Shown: positions 48,248-61,605, counted from the first letter of the stretch. The stretch is DNA of 64,000 bases from Eledone cirrhosa (GCA_964016885.1 OZ024743.1:184450001-184514000); one strand, 5' to 3'. Numbers and translations: made by a program. Notes: a model not told the origin generated them from the letters alone.

Positions 48248-48249
<2 letters not shown>
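46870..48249 (+). mobile_element. RTE-clade LINE, 5' truncated
   Basis: QFGFVP, AFIDLEKAFDRV, GVHQGS, ELLYADDLVL, KWPCSICRKG insert, LHGSETW, RRLRWYGHV, (ATG)n tail. Confidence 0.9.
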
Positions 48250-48314
<65 letters not shown>

Positions 48315-48317
48315 ATA

Positions 48318-48993
48318 TAAATGGAAAAAAAATGAAACGAAATTTCATTTCTCACTCTTAGTACGGTTGTTACTTAAATATAAGTATGTATACGTACATA
48401 CATATATGTATACAGACGTACAGTAGTATGTATATATACATACATGCACACATATATACATGTACGTATGGATTCACTGAACATTTATTATAATGCTCGG
48501 TGTGTTTGTAAACAAACATCCCGAATTAAGCCGTACAGTGTCTAGCAACCATCGTTGCTCATTTGTTCAACACTGACAAAGGAACGCTGTAATAATTTCA
48601 AGCTTATTAGCTATCGTCAGCAACGTATACCTTCCTGCCAGATGATTGAACGTCTGAAAGTATATACTTTCCTTATGCATATTACCGGCTGAGCAGCCTA
48701 ATTTGCATATCGAGTGAGTTAATCGGCCGGGCGCACTCAAACGATAAATGGAAAAAATTAAACGAAATTTCATTTCTCACTCTTAGTACGGCTGTTACTT
48801 AAATATAAGTATGTATATGTACATACATATATGTATACAGACGTACAGTAGTATGTATATACATACATGCACACATATATATATGTACGTATGGATTTAC
48901 CGAACACTTATTATAATGCTCGGTTTGTTTGTAAAGGAAAGTATATACTTTCAGACGTTCAATCATCTGGCATAAAGGTATATGGTGCTGACG
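48318..48993 (-). mobile_element. Hammerhead-bearing non-coding repeat (family R1), copy 1: ~1.45-mer of a 425-bp unit plus inverted 5' piece (48934-48993)
   Basis: Anchor CGAAATTTCATTTCTCACTC at 48338 and 48763. Homologous to 51117-51590 and 61500-62245. Confidence 0.85.
48584..48626 (-). ncRNA. Minimal type I hammerhead ribozyme motif
   Basis: acgttg CTGACGA tagct aata agctt GAAA ttat TA cagcgt. Confidence 0.7.
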
Positions 48994-49782
48994 TATCTCT
49001 TTTCTTTTCCTCTTTGTCTTCTTCTTCCCCCTGTCTCATCCTATCACTTCCTTCCACCCCCTATTTTCTTCCTCGTCTGCTTTTCCCCTTTCGCCTACAC
49101 CGATGCAGCCCACCGGGCCTCTGTAGCATCAGTACCCCCACCACAGTAATTTTAAGATAGAATTGGCCGATTACGTTTTACTAACTACTTATAGCAGATG
49201 TGTTAGACCCCTTTAATTTTGTATCAGTTTTGTTACTACTCAATTTTTACAAGTTTTTCTATTCTCAACTTATTAACCTGTAATTGTAAGATAGCATTGT
49301 GATTTTTTTATTCATTTCTCACTATCAAATTTTATATATATTTTCATTTATTTCTATTATCTTTTATTGTCTCCTACTCTCATTTGAATTACCTATTTCA
49401 TACACTATCCTTAGAATCTGCTGTATACATATCACTTTCAACGCTTGACCGCTCCCCTCACTCCCCTATTGTTCTACAGGTAAGTTCAGCCTCCCCTACC
49501 TCCCACCAAATGCCATGATAGACTTATTTGTGTTTACAAGAAATTTTAACAAATCCTCTTGACAACTACAATCTTCCCATATAAGGAAGTACTCCCTTGA
49601 CAAGTTCGGCTATTTATTCACCAGGTTGGCTAAAAATTCTAATTTAGTCCAGAAATAGCCGTCAAAACGGCTTGAGCTCTGCCATCGGGGTCATACTTTT
49701 TCCTATTTCCCACTCTACTACCCTAAGTATTGAGTACTCTGGTGCGTTATGGTCCATCTGGTTCCTTACCACAATTCCTTTG

Positions 49783-50225
<443 letters not shown>

Positions 50226-50231
50226 ATTACA

Positions 50232-50580
50232 TGCATATATGTATTTATTTTATTTTATTAATTGAGTTCTTTACACGAGGAATTAATATTGGTTTTGAAA
50301 TAACTAATTAACCCGCGTGTGTTTTATATTTTACTCTTAATAATTCGGCCGGAGAATTATATTCCCATTTGCCCTTTATAGCATAACTTTCTGCATTTAC
50401 TGCGGTTATGAGAAGCGGTTCTTATTCGGGTACAACTTCTGATTTAGCCTAAGAAAATATCTATATGCGTGTGTAATTTATACAAGCATATATTTACTTT
50501 TTTATTTTCAATTGAGTTCTTAAACACGTTGGATTGATAATGTTTTCAAAAAAACTAATTAACCCGCGTGTATATTATTT
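50232..50580. repeat. Diverged ~100-bp direct repeat, period ~255 bp
   Basis: AATTGAGTTCTT..ACACG...AACTAATTAACCCGCGTGT near 50260-50320 and 50510-50570. Confidence 0.75.
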
Positions 50581-51116
50581 TTTTTCCTCATTTCGTGGAT
50601 CGTGGGTTGTCTCCCCTTCCCGCTTCGTGTCGCTATGATACTTCCTCAATCAAAAACTGCTGGAATTTCAAATCTGGCGGTCATTCGAGGTGAGAGAGAG
50701 CAACTTTACGGACATGATTTTTGACAGCGGTAAGAAATTGTTTTCTTATATCAATGTTTAATGGGCTTCCACTGATGATTTATAAGTACCCACCTAAATA
50801 TATTCTTACATGAATATATATTAGGCTTCTACATAAACTGGAAACATTCTCCCAAACTTGTAGAAAACTTATAATGAAACAATTGTTTGGAAAGAGAGAT
50901 ATACTTTAACTTTAATTATATCTCATAAAATAATACAACTGGTTTTTCCACATTATACATATTATTAGCACCCCAAACACTTAAATTGGGTTTATATTTT
51001 AATATAACCTAATGTTTGTTGAGTGAGATGGTTACCAGTCAGAGTTTAGCTTTAAACTATCTCTGTTATTGTATTAAATATATATATATATAATATTATT
51101 TATATATATATATATA

Positions 51117-51590
51117 AACGGAAAAAATGAAACGAAATTTCATTTCTCACTCTTAGTACGGCTGTTACTTAAATATAAGTATGTATACGTACATACATAT
51201 ATGTATACAGACGTACAGTAGTATGTATATATACATACATGCACACATATATACATGTACGTATGGATTCACTGAACATTTATTATAATGCTCGGTGTGT
51301 TTGTAAACAAACATCCCGAATTAAGCCGTACAGTGTCTAGCAACCATCGTTGCTCATTTGTTCAACACTGACAAAGGAACGCTGTAATAATTTCAAGCTT
51401 ATTAGCTATCGTCAGCAACGTATACCTTCCTGCCAGATGATTGAACGTCTGAAAGTATATACTTTCCTTATGCATATTAACGGCTGAGCAGCCTAATTTG
51501 CATATCGAGTGAGTTAATCGGCGGGGTACCGAAAACGATAAACGGAAAAAATGAAACGAAATTTCATTTCTCACTCTTAATACAGCTGTA
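51117..51590 (-). mobile_element. Family R1 repeat, copy 2 (~1.1-mer, period 424 bp)
   Basis: Near-identical to 48318-48790; anchors at 51133 and 51557. Confidence 0.88.
51379..51421 (-). ncRNA. Minimal type I hammerhead ribozyme motif
   Basis: Same sequence as 48584-48626. Confidence 0.7.
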
Positions 51591-51984
51591 GCAAGAAAAG
51601 TGCAGGTTTTCACCTAATGCGGGCCCTAGGGGATCAAGAAAATGAATTTTTTTATGTGCATAATATGCCTTTAAATTTAGAGCCCGCATTAAGTGAAAAA
51701 CTTCATTTTTGAGGCGTTACGTCTAGCCGATTTTCCCGAAATTTCAAGGCCTATTATGCACATTAAAAAAATTCATTTTCTTGATCCCCTAGGGCCCGCA
51801 TTAGGTGAAAACCTGCATTTTTCCTGCTTCATCGAGTAAAATCTTAAAGATTATCCAGCCATCAGAGTATTCGGTTTATTTTCTGTACATATTGTCCAGG
51901 CTTGCAGTTTTTCCACGATTAGGTCTGTTAGCGTCCCACGTTCCAAAATACCTTATCCCGTGCAACGCCGGGTACCACAGCTAG
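51591..51984 (+). mobile_element. Helitron family H2 3' fragment
   Basis: Ends CCCGTGCAACGCCGGGTACCACAG-CTAG|T; 51595-51665 is inverted relative to 51755-51820. Confidence 0.82.
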
Positions 51985-52258
51985 TATACAATATAATATA
52001 ATTGTTTCAACTTTTGGGACAAGGCCAGCAATTACCCAGTTCATATATATAATATATATATATATATATCCAGACCCATGCTAGCGTGGAAAATGGACGT
52101 TAAACGATGATGATGATGATATATAATATAATATATATATATATACAATATAATATATATAATATAATATATATATATAATATAATATATATATATATAA
52201 TATAATATATATATATAATATAATATATATATATATAAATATATAATATAATATAATA

Positions 52259-53223
52259 TCTATATATATAAAGTTGTAGTTCCAGTCTGTTTTTTTGTTT
52301 GTTTGTTCACAAACAAGAGATAGACCCCCATAACCATATATATTCTGAAACTATATTGCCTAGGGTACTTGGATAAGTATATTTCATTTCAATTAAAGGG
52401 TTCCCTGGGGGCAGAAAGCCCCACTGAAAATGTTTTCCCTTCAATTTATATAAAATTTAAACCATAGGTAAATGACAAGATATGATGCCTATTCACAAAA
52501 TTTCAATAATATTAAGTCACCCTAATGGAGGTTAAACCCCCTATAGTGAAAGTTTTGGCCAATAAATGGAACAAGATTGCATGAGAACTTGATTGAAGCA
52601 ACCATTATATTCGGGACTTACAAAGGTGAAGCTCTTCTCATTCCGAGGATTCCACTTTTACCAAGTGATGGCAAGTTGCCTTTTACATTTAAGAGGCTGC
52701 AGTTCCCAGTGAGGCCATGCTTTGCCTTGAGCATCAATAAGAGTCAAGGTCAAACTTTCAAAACTATTGGTATAGATCTGACAAACCCATGTTTCAGTCA
52801 TGGTATGTTTTATGTGGCTGTTTCAAGGACTGGAACTTCAAAAAATCTCTACATTTTAGCCAATCAAAGAAAGACAAGAAATGGTGTTTACCCTGAAGTT
52901 CTTCATTAGGACAAAGTATGAAATAGAATTTCTAATTTGAAAATAATGCTTTACACAAAAATGAAATGATCAAGTTTTGAATTGATATTTTGAAAAAAAT
53001 TATTTACAAGAAACAAAATAAGAATAAGATTTAATAATGTAATTTTGATTTGATATATTACAAAAAATAATGTTTTCCAATTTTTCATACATTACATTTT
53101 ACATTGAGTAATGTTGAAATGCAGAGTTTTTCTCCATAAATTACACACTGATTTAAAATCAATCATCATTTTCTTACAAAAAGAAATGTGTGAAATGCAG
53201 CAAGGCGCAGGTAATTCAGCTAG
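52259..53223 (+). mobile_element. Internally deleted Helitron retaining the helicase C-terminus
   Basis: A|TC 5' end, PIF1 helicase fragment, degenerate TGCAGCAAGGCGCA hairpin, CTAG|T. Confidence 0.82.
52577..52909 (+). pseudogene. Helitron RepHel PIF1-like helicase C-terminal fragment
   Basis: IPRIPL..LPFTFKRLQFPVRPCFALSINKSQGQT..GIDL..CFSHGMFYVAVSR..TRNGVYPEVL. Confidence 0.92.
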
Positions 53224-53461
53224 TATATATATATATATATCATCATCATCATCGTCATCGTTTAACGTCTATCTTCCACGCTAGCATGGGTTTAGACGGG
53301 AATTGTCCCACTTGAGGCAAGATTGGTTGTCTTACTCGTGTAGGACTGGCTGGCAGGTTTTCTACATATAATATATATATATAATATATATATATATAAT
53401 ATATATATATAATATATATATAATATAATATATATATATAATATAATATATATATAATATA

Positions 53462-53646
53462 ATTGTTTCTACTTTAAGCACAAGGCCAGCAATTACCCAG
53501 TTCATTACTGGTACTTTATTTTATCGACCCCGTAGGGATGAAAGGCAAAGTCAACCTCGGCGAGATTTGAACTCAGATCGTAAAGGGACGTAACTATGCT
53601 GGGAAGCATGGCGTCCGACCCTCTACCGATACTGCCAATCCACCGA
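53462..53646 (-). mobile_element. tRNA-derived SINE, complete
   Basis: Reverse complement of the 35728-35912 family. Confidence 0.88.
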
Positions 53647-53683
53647 TAATATAATATAATATATAATATTTATATATATATAT

Positions 53684-54044
53684 ATGAATGTATATATATA
53701 GTGTATTTTACAATACACTGTATGCTTAATTAAAAGCATTTTGAAGACATTACGCTATTGTTTTAAAGTAGCGACAATGTCACTTACTTCTATTTTCAGC
53801 AAACAAGGGGAGATAAGCTGACGGAGCTCTGTTTCGTACTTGTTGGTACTTATCAAAGCTCACTACTCCTCCTGTTTGCTGAAAATTATGAATGTTGGAT
53901 TCTTATAGAATTCCAGTAATAATCAGGAACTGATTATACAGAGTGGTTGCCGGTCCAGCAAAAATTGAAAATTAGAATTGGTGCTCTGAAATAGCGATAT
54001 ATATATGAATGTATATACAGTGTATTTTGCAATACACTGTATGA
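53684..54044 (-). mobile_element. Non-coding ~320-bp unit (1.1-mer) with degenerate hammerhead (family R3)
   Basis: Terminal direct repeat ATGAATGTATATA..AGTGTATTTT.CAATACACTGTATG at 53684 and 54005. Minus strand 53861-53815 reads gagct TTGATAA gtac caacaa gtac GAAA cagagctccg TC agctt inside a longer stem. Confidence 0.6.
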
Positions 54045-54059
54045 TATATATATAATATA

Positions 54060-54100
<41 letters not shown>

Positions 54101-54152
54101 ATATATATAATATAATATATATATATATATAATATAATATATATAATATAAT

Positions 54153-54197
<45 letters not shown>

Positions 54198-54226
54198 ATA
54201 TATAATATATATAATATAATATATAA

Positions 54227-57200
54227 TCATCATCATCATCATCATTTAACGTCTATCTTCCACACTAGCATGGGTTTAGACGAGAATTGTCCCACGTGAG
54301 GCAAGATTGGTTGTCTTGCTCGTATAGGACTGGCTGGCAGGTTTTCTACGGCTGGATGCCCTTCCTAACACCAACCACATTACAGCGTGGACTGTGTGTT
54401 TTTTTTTGTTGTGACACCTACACGACCTCATTTATTTAGGACTGGATGTTGTGGCACCAACATAACTTTACAGAGAAAGGGGTGGTGTAGATGGGGTGGG
54501 GGTATGGGTTAGTGGGATGGGGGTGCATATTTGGTTAGGAGGTGCCTACTGACTGTAGGTTTTGCTTTGTACTTAGGCAAGGCGGGTCTTCTGTATTACT
54601 GCGTAGCGCCAAAGATCTCAGTTCAGTGACATTGTCTTTGAGAGGTGTAAGTGTGTAAAGTCAGAATTTATCAAATCGTCCCAGGTTTTTCTGGGTCTGC
54701 CTACTCTGTAGCTTTCATCTATTTTGATCGCCCTGCACTTTTTTATACAGCTGTCGTCTTTCATGCGCATCACGTGACCATACCAACGTAGTCTTCTCTC
54801 GAGTAAACAGCATCTGATCCCTCTTATAACTAATTTCTCACTTAGTTCATTTATGCTTTGCCGTTCACGTATATTACTATTACACATCCAACGGAGCATG
54901 CAAGCTTCGTTCCTCTCCAGTCTGCGCAGTTCCTCTGCACACAATGCTTTGTAACATTGCTGTTCTTTGTAACATGCTTTACAATTCTTTGTAACATGCT
55001 TTACTGCTATGTAACATTGCTGTTCGTATGCAGGCATCATACAGTCTGCCTTTCATTCTTAGGGAGAAACCTTTAGCGGCCAATAGTGGTATAAGCTCTC
55101 TGAACTTTTTCCATCCCGTTCTGACTCTAGCTACTGTACTTTCAGAGCACCCTCCACCACTGCTGATTTTGTCACCCAGGTAATGGAAGGTGTCCACTAT
55201 TTCTATAGAACCATCTGGGCAATGGAAGGAGCTAGTATCCTGTGGGCACTTGCTACTACTTATTGCACCTGAGCACCGGCCACATATAAAATCTATATTC
55301 TTAGTTAGCTTACCTGTGATCCCACTACATTTTTTATGTACCCATACTTTGCATTTGGGACATAAAATGGAGTTTCTGCCTACTCCTTTCCTACACACTG
55401 AGCATGGCCATTTCCCAGAGGGGACCAGTGCCCTATTTTCCTTCCTACATACTAGAACTTTAGTCTTAGACAAGTTAATTTTAAGGCCTTTTGATTCTAG
55501 GCCATGCTTCCAAGTTTGGAATTTCTTCTCTAGTTCAGCCATTGATTCAGCTATGTGCGTTAGATCATCTGCGTATAGAAGTTCCCATAGGCAGCTGGTC
55601 TTGAACTCCTCTGTAAGAGCCTGAAGGGCAATAATAAATAGGAGGGGGCTAAGGACAGAGCCCTGATGAACACCAACTTTTACGCTAAATTCTTCACTAT
55701 ATTCGTTGTTAATTCTAACCTTGCTGACTGTTTCTTTATACATGGCTTGTATAGCTCTCACAAGCCATTCATCAACACCTTGTTTTCTAAGAGCCCACCA
55801 GATAATGGAGCGGGGGACTCTGTCAAAGGCTTTCTCCAAGTCAACAAAAGCTAAGTATAGGGGTTTACTTTTAGCTAGGTACTTCTGTAGTTGTCGTACA
55901 AGGAAAAGAGCGTCTGTGGTACTTTTACCTGACACAAACCCAAACTGCATTTCATCTAGATCAATTCGCTCTCTCATTAGTTGCGCTATAACTCTTTCTG
56001 TGACCTTCATGACCTGGTCAATGAATTTAATGCCTCTATAGTTTCCCCTATCTAGGGCATCTCCTTTACCCTTTTAGCAGTTAATGATAATTCTGCTACG
56101 CCAGTCATTTGGTATAACCCCATACTGTATGACTTGGTTTACTATCCGGGAGACCACAGTGTGTCCCACCGATCCAGATGCTTTCAGCATTTCAGCAACT
56201 ATCTTCGAAGGCCCAGTTGCTTTGCCTGTCTTCATATCTTTGATTGCCTTACTTATTATACTACCTTCAACTTGCACTGCTGGTCCCTCTATTGGATCGA
56301 TTTGGGGCAGACTATCTTTTTCCCACTTATTCTCATTTAGTAGCCTCTCGTAGTGACACTTCCAAGCTACCTTCTTATCAGTATCAGTGATGGCAAGTAT
56401 ACCATCATCATTACGGATGCACTTCTCCCCGACAATATCACGGTTTTCCTTGACACATTGACTAGCAACCCTGAACACCTCACGTTTTTGGTCCTCGCGT
56501 TGTAGAACATGCTTGACCTTTCTTTTCTCTGCTTCCCTTCTTGCAAGGTACACTTGTCTCCTAGCTTCCCTCCTAGCCACTTGATAGTGTTCTCTACTTC
56601 CCCCATCCTGCCATAACTTCCAAGCTTGCTTTTTGGCCTTGATTGACTCCTCCACCTTACTGTTCCACCACCATGTTACTCTCCTCCTGCCTATAGGTCT
56701 GCTCCAGCCACAGATTTCATCTGTCGCCTTCAGCAGGTTAACTTTCAGGAATTCCCACTGTTCCTCTATACTGTACGTCTCTAATTGCTCTTCCTTACTG
56801 TCAAAAGCATCAAGTAATATGCTTTTAAATTTGTTACTGGCTGTGGAGTCCTTTAACTTCCATATTCTTCTTCTCAGGGTGGTCCTCCTCTGTTGTCGAG
56901 TACGTCTCGTCCTGATTATGAGGTCACTAACTATGAGGCTATGTTGGGAGGTGCAGTCTTCACGTGGGAGGGATTTAGTGTTTACAACCGACACTTTGTC
57001 ACGTCTTCTGGTAAGGATATAATCTATCTGGCTGGCGTGTTCCCCTGATCTATAGGTGATCAAGTGATTGTCTCGTTTTTTGAAGTTTGTTTTGCAGATA
57101 GGTTATTTGCGTCACAGAATTCTGAAGCCTTCCTCATTTCTGGTACCAAACCCGTAGCCTCCATGGATTCCGTCATAGCTGTCACAATGTTGTCCAACAT

Positions 57201-58524
57201 GACCATTTAGGTCGCCAGCAATAATTATGTAGTCACAGTCAGTTAGTTGGCAGGTAGTGAGCATTAATGACTCATAGAATTTGTCTTTTATAACGCCAGG
57301 CAGTTCAGATTGGGGTGCATAAGCGGATTCTATTTACGTCAATTACTTTATCTACCCATTTTTCTGCTAACATAATTCCTACTCCACCCAGCCCATTTTC
57401 ATTTCCCACCCAGAAAAGTTTATAGCATCGTTTTTTACCCACAATGAATCTAGCAGACCCACCTCTCCACCTAGTCTCTTGGACGCAACAAGCATCAACT
57501 TCCTTACGTTCAAGCATCTCTACAACCTCGTTAGAACGACCTTTTAAGGTGCCTACATTCATGGTACCAACTCTGAAGTTTGGGATTTCGTTTGATGGGT
57601 GGAAGGGTTGGGTTGGAGGTGTAGGGAGGGGTGTGGGAGATGGAATATGTTGGCCATCCGTGTCTGAAATAAAGAGGAATCCTTGCATTTAATAATGGTG
57701 GCGAGTGGGGGAGGGGGAGAGGGATATGGGGAAGTTAACTAGAAGGTTATTTTTTTTTTAATCTAAACCTATAAACGGACGTATAACAGTAATCAGTGTT
57801 TAAATACGAGAGGGTTATTAACCGAACGTATAACAGTAATCAGAGTTTAATACAAGAAAATTGTTTTTGAGGGTCTGACAGAATTAACGAATAAAATAGA
57901 AAGCTTGGATTCTAAGTAAATGGACTGTGTAAAACATAAAGAGAGACAAGAAAATGGCGTAAATACAATTACATTTCTCAAACGCCCCTTTGGCAGGGAT
58001 GAAGATTCGAAGAATTCTGAGATTTTTTACGACCGACAGGTTCATTTTATACTTGCTAAGAGAGAGAGAGGGAGGCCTGTAGGTTTATAGACAATGCATT
58101 GGGGGACAGAGTAGAGGAGAAGAAGAAGGAAGAATGTTCCAGAAAAAGTTATAACTAGAAGGTTATTTTTTTAAATCTAAACCTATAAACGGACGTATAA
58201 CAGTAATCAGTGTTTAAATACGAGAGGGTTATTAAACGAACGTATAACAGTAATCAGAGTTTAGATACAAGAAGATTGTTTTTGAGGGTCTGACAGAATT
58301 AACGAACAAAATTGAAATCTTGATTCTAAGTAAATGGACTGTGTAAAACGTAGAGAGAGACAAGAAAATGGAGTAAATACAATTACATTTCTGAAACGTC
58401 CCTTTGGCAGGGATGAAGATTCGAAGAATTCTGAGATTTTTTACGACCGACAGGTTCATTTTATACTTGATAAGAGGGTGGGGGAGGCCTGTAGGCTTAT
58501 AGACAATGCATTGAGGGACAGAGT
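54227..58524 (-). mobile_element. RTE-clade LINE, near full length, frameshifted
   Basis: APE motifs RVGTMNVGTL, CVQETRW, SQIDYIL and SQH; RT motifs QFGFV, AFVDLEKAFDRVP, GVHQGSVLSP and LLYADDL; cysteine-rich insert; RRLRWYGHV; 3' UTR ending (ATG)n. Confidence 0.92.
57737..58524. repeat. Tandem ~416-bp monomers upstream of the RTE ORF
   Basis: AACTAGAAGGTTATT starts at 57737 and 58153; the units are highly similar. Confidence 0.93.
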
Positions 58525-58570
58525 AATATATATATATATAATATAATATATAATATATATATATATATAT

Positions 58571-59088
58571 GTGATGCGTATGAAGGATGACAGCTGCATA
58601 AAAAGGTGCAGAGTACTAGAAGTCGATGGAAACCGCGGAGTGGGGAGACCCAAGATGACCTGGGATGAGGTGTTAAAAGCCGACCTTACCCAATTACACC
58701 TCTCAAAGGCGATGACACACGACCGTGACCTCTGGCGTCACGCAGTAATACAGAGTACCCGACCTCCCATGGGTACAAGCTGAAGCATATAGACAATATG
58801 CCCCCACACCCTCCACTGCAAGGTGGTCGTGGAGGTGCCACGGCAAAAAAGCACCCAGCCCACACTGTAAAGTGGACGTGTAGGCGCCAAGAAAAAGCAC
58901 CCAGCACTCACTGTAAATGAGGTTGGTGTTAGGAAGGGCATCCAGCTGCAGAAACCAAGCCAAATCAGTGCCTGTATGAGCAAGGCATGGTCAGCCGACC
59001 AGACACTGCCCACAACAGGACAACCCGTCTAACCCATGTTAGCGTGGAAGAACGGACGTAAAACGGTGATGATGATGATGATGATGAT
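58571..59088 (+). mobile_element. RTE LINE 3' fragment + 3' UTR
   Basis: VMRMKDDSCIKRCR..GRPKMTW, RTE-type UTR and (ATG)n tail. Confidence 0.85.
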
Positions 59089-59170
59089 ATATATAATATA
59101 ATATATGATATATTATATATATCATAAAATATATGTTATATATATATATATCATATAATATATGATATAT

Positions 59171-61182
59171 ATCATCATCATTTTACGTCCGCTCTTACCT
59201 GGTTGCAAGGGTGGGACGGGTCTTATTCAGCACAGCATCTCTCCACTTGTCACAGTCCTTCGTCATCTCCACAGTGAGCTTCAGCGATCTGAGGTCTGTT
59301 CTCACCACCTCCGCCCATGTTTTTCATGGTCTACCTCTACCATGTCTTCCTTCAACTGGCATTTCCTGGCACTTCTTTACCCATCGGTCATCCTCCATGC
59401 GCATCACATGTCCATACCACCTCAGTCTCCTCTCCGGTACACTACATTCTATCCCTCTCAGACACAGTTTCTCTCTCAACACATTCATGCTGGGTCGTTC
59501 ACGCACATTGACACTGCACATCCAACGGAGCATACTTGCTCCATCTCTCTCCAGCCGTCGCATATCCTCTGCAGTTGCTGCCCATGTCTCACTACCATGC
59601 AGCATTTCGCATCTCACACAGGCATCATATAACCGTCCTTTCGTATGCAGAGAGAAACCCTTCTTCGTCAGCCGAGGAAGCGGCTCCCTAAACTTCTTCC
59701 AACCCGTCCTTATTCTAGATACTATGGCCTCGGAACACCCCCCTCCCATGCTAATCTGATCTCCTAGGTACCAGAAGCTATCCACCACTTCTATAGCACC
59801 CGCCTGCATTTAAAAAATGTGTCTATCACTGCGACTTCTAATGTCTAATTTCCCTGTACATCTACTGCATACATATTTCTCCCTACCTGTTAGTTTGCCT
59901 GCTATCCCGCTACATCTCTTGTGTACCCGAAGATCTGCATTGCGTACACTTTATGGAATTTATGCCAGTTCCTTTCCTACATATCGAACATGGCCATTTC
60001 CCTGGCGGAATCAGAGTTTTGTCCTGTGTTATGGCTTGGAGGACTATAATGAACAAGAGCGGCCTGAAGACAGAACCTTGATGTACTCCTACTTGTATCT
60101 GGAATTCCTCACTAAACTCCATTCCTACCCTGACTTTACTGACAGTACCTCTGTACAAAGTTTGAAGTGTCCTCACAAGCCATTCCTCAACACCTAGTTT
60201 CCTTAGGGACCACCAGATGACAGATCGGGGTGCCCTATCAAAGGCCTTTTCTAGGTCAACAAAGGCTAAGTATAGTGGCTTATTTTTCTCTAAGAACCTC
60301 TCTTGCAATTGTCTCACCAAGAAGAGGGCATCTGTTGTACTCTTGTCAGGCACAAAACCAAACTGCATCTCATCTAGTTTGACCCTTTCTCTAATTAGTT
60401 GTGCTAATATCCTTTCTGCCACTTTCATAACCTGATCCATCAGTTTTATACCCCTATAATTGCTCCTCTCCAGAGCATCCCCTTTACCTTTGTAGCAATT
60501 TATGAGAATACTGCTGCACCAGTCTTTGGGTATGACACCACCATATATAGCCTGATTGATGATGCGTACAACCAGTTTAGTGCCTACGTCCCCTGATGCC
60601 TTCAGCATCTCAGTAACTATTCCCGATGGTCCAACAGCCTTACCATTTTTCATTTCCTTAATTTCCTCTTGGACCCTATATTCGTCAATCTCAATAGCTG
60701 GTCCCTCTGTCGGATCTACTGAGTGTAATTTCTCTCTCTCCCATTCGTTCTCCACATTCATCAGTCTCTCATAATGACATTTCCAGGCCTCCTTTTTCTG
60801 ATCATTTGTGACACTAAGTACACCGGCATCGTTCCGGACATATTTATCTCCAACAACATCCTGATTTGCATTGACACACTGCCTTGCAATGTGGAACACC
60901 ACACGCCCCTGATCTTCCCGTCGCAGAACATTGGCAAACCTCCTACTCTCGGCCTCCCTGCGTGCTAAGTACACCTGACGTCTAGCTTCTCTCTTAGCGG
61001 CTGTATATTCTTCCCTACTCCCACCCTTTTTCCAAGCCTTCCATGCTAGTCTTTTGTCTCTAATGGCCTTATCTACTGTGCTGTTCCACCACCAGGTCAT
61101 TCTCTGTCTGGTTGGAGCTCTGTTCCAGCCACAAGTTTCATCAGTAGCCTGCAGCAAATTGTCACGTAAGAAATTCCAGTTA
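59171..61182 (-). mobile_element. RTE LINE, 5' truncated, with internal deletion of the YADD region
   Basis: 446-aa ORF jumps from LQAITQ to DKTLIPPGKWPC. Same family as 46870-48249. Confidence 0.9.
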
Positions 61183-61218
61183 TTATCATATAATATATAA
61201 TATATATATATGTAATAT

Positions 61219-61410
61219 AATTGTTTGTACTTTTGGCACAAGGCCAGCAATTATCCCAGTGTATTACTGGTACTTTATTTTATGGACCCTGTAAGGATGA
61301 AAGGCAAAGTTAACCTCGGCGGGATTTGAACTCAGACCGTAAAGGGCCGTAACTCGTTGCTGCAAAGCATGGCGTCCGACCCTCTACCAATACTGCCAAT
61401 TCACCGCCCT
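61219..61410 (-). mobile_element. tRNA-derived SINE, complete
   Basis: Same family as 35728-35912. Confidence 0.88.
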
Positions 61411-61499
61411 TTGAATTTAATATAATATAATATATTTTATATGTAATATAATATAATATATATATATATATAATATAATATATGTATATATAATATAAT

Positions 61500-61551
61500 A
61501 TAAGTATGTATGTATACGTACATACATATATGTATACAGACGTACAGTAGC

Positions 61552-61605
<54 letters not shown>

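Noticed and set aside
52577-52909. Host PIF1 gene exon
   Set aside because: Enclosed by Helitron TC/CTAG termini and ends in the Helitron-type TRN.VY.EVL tail
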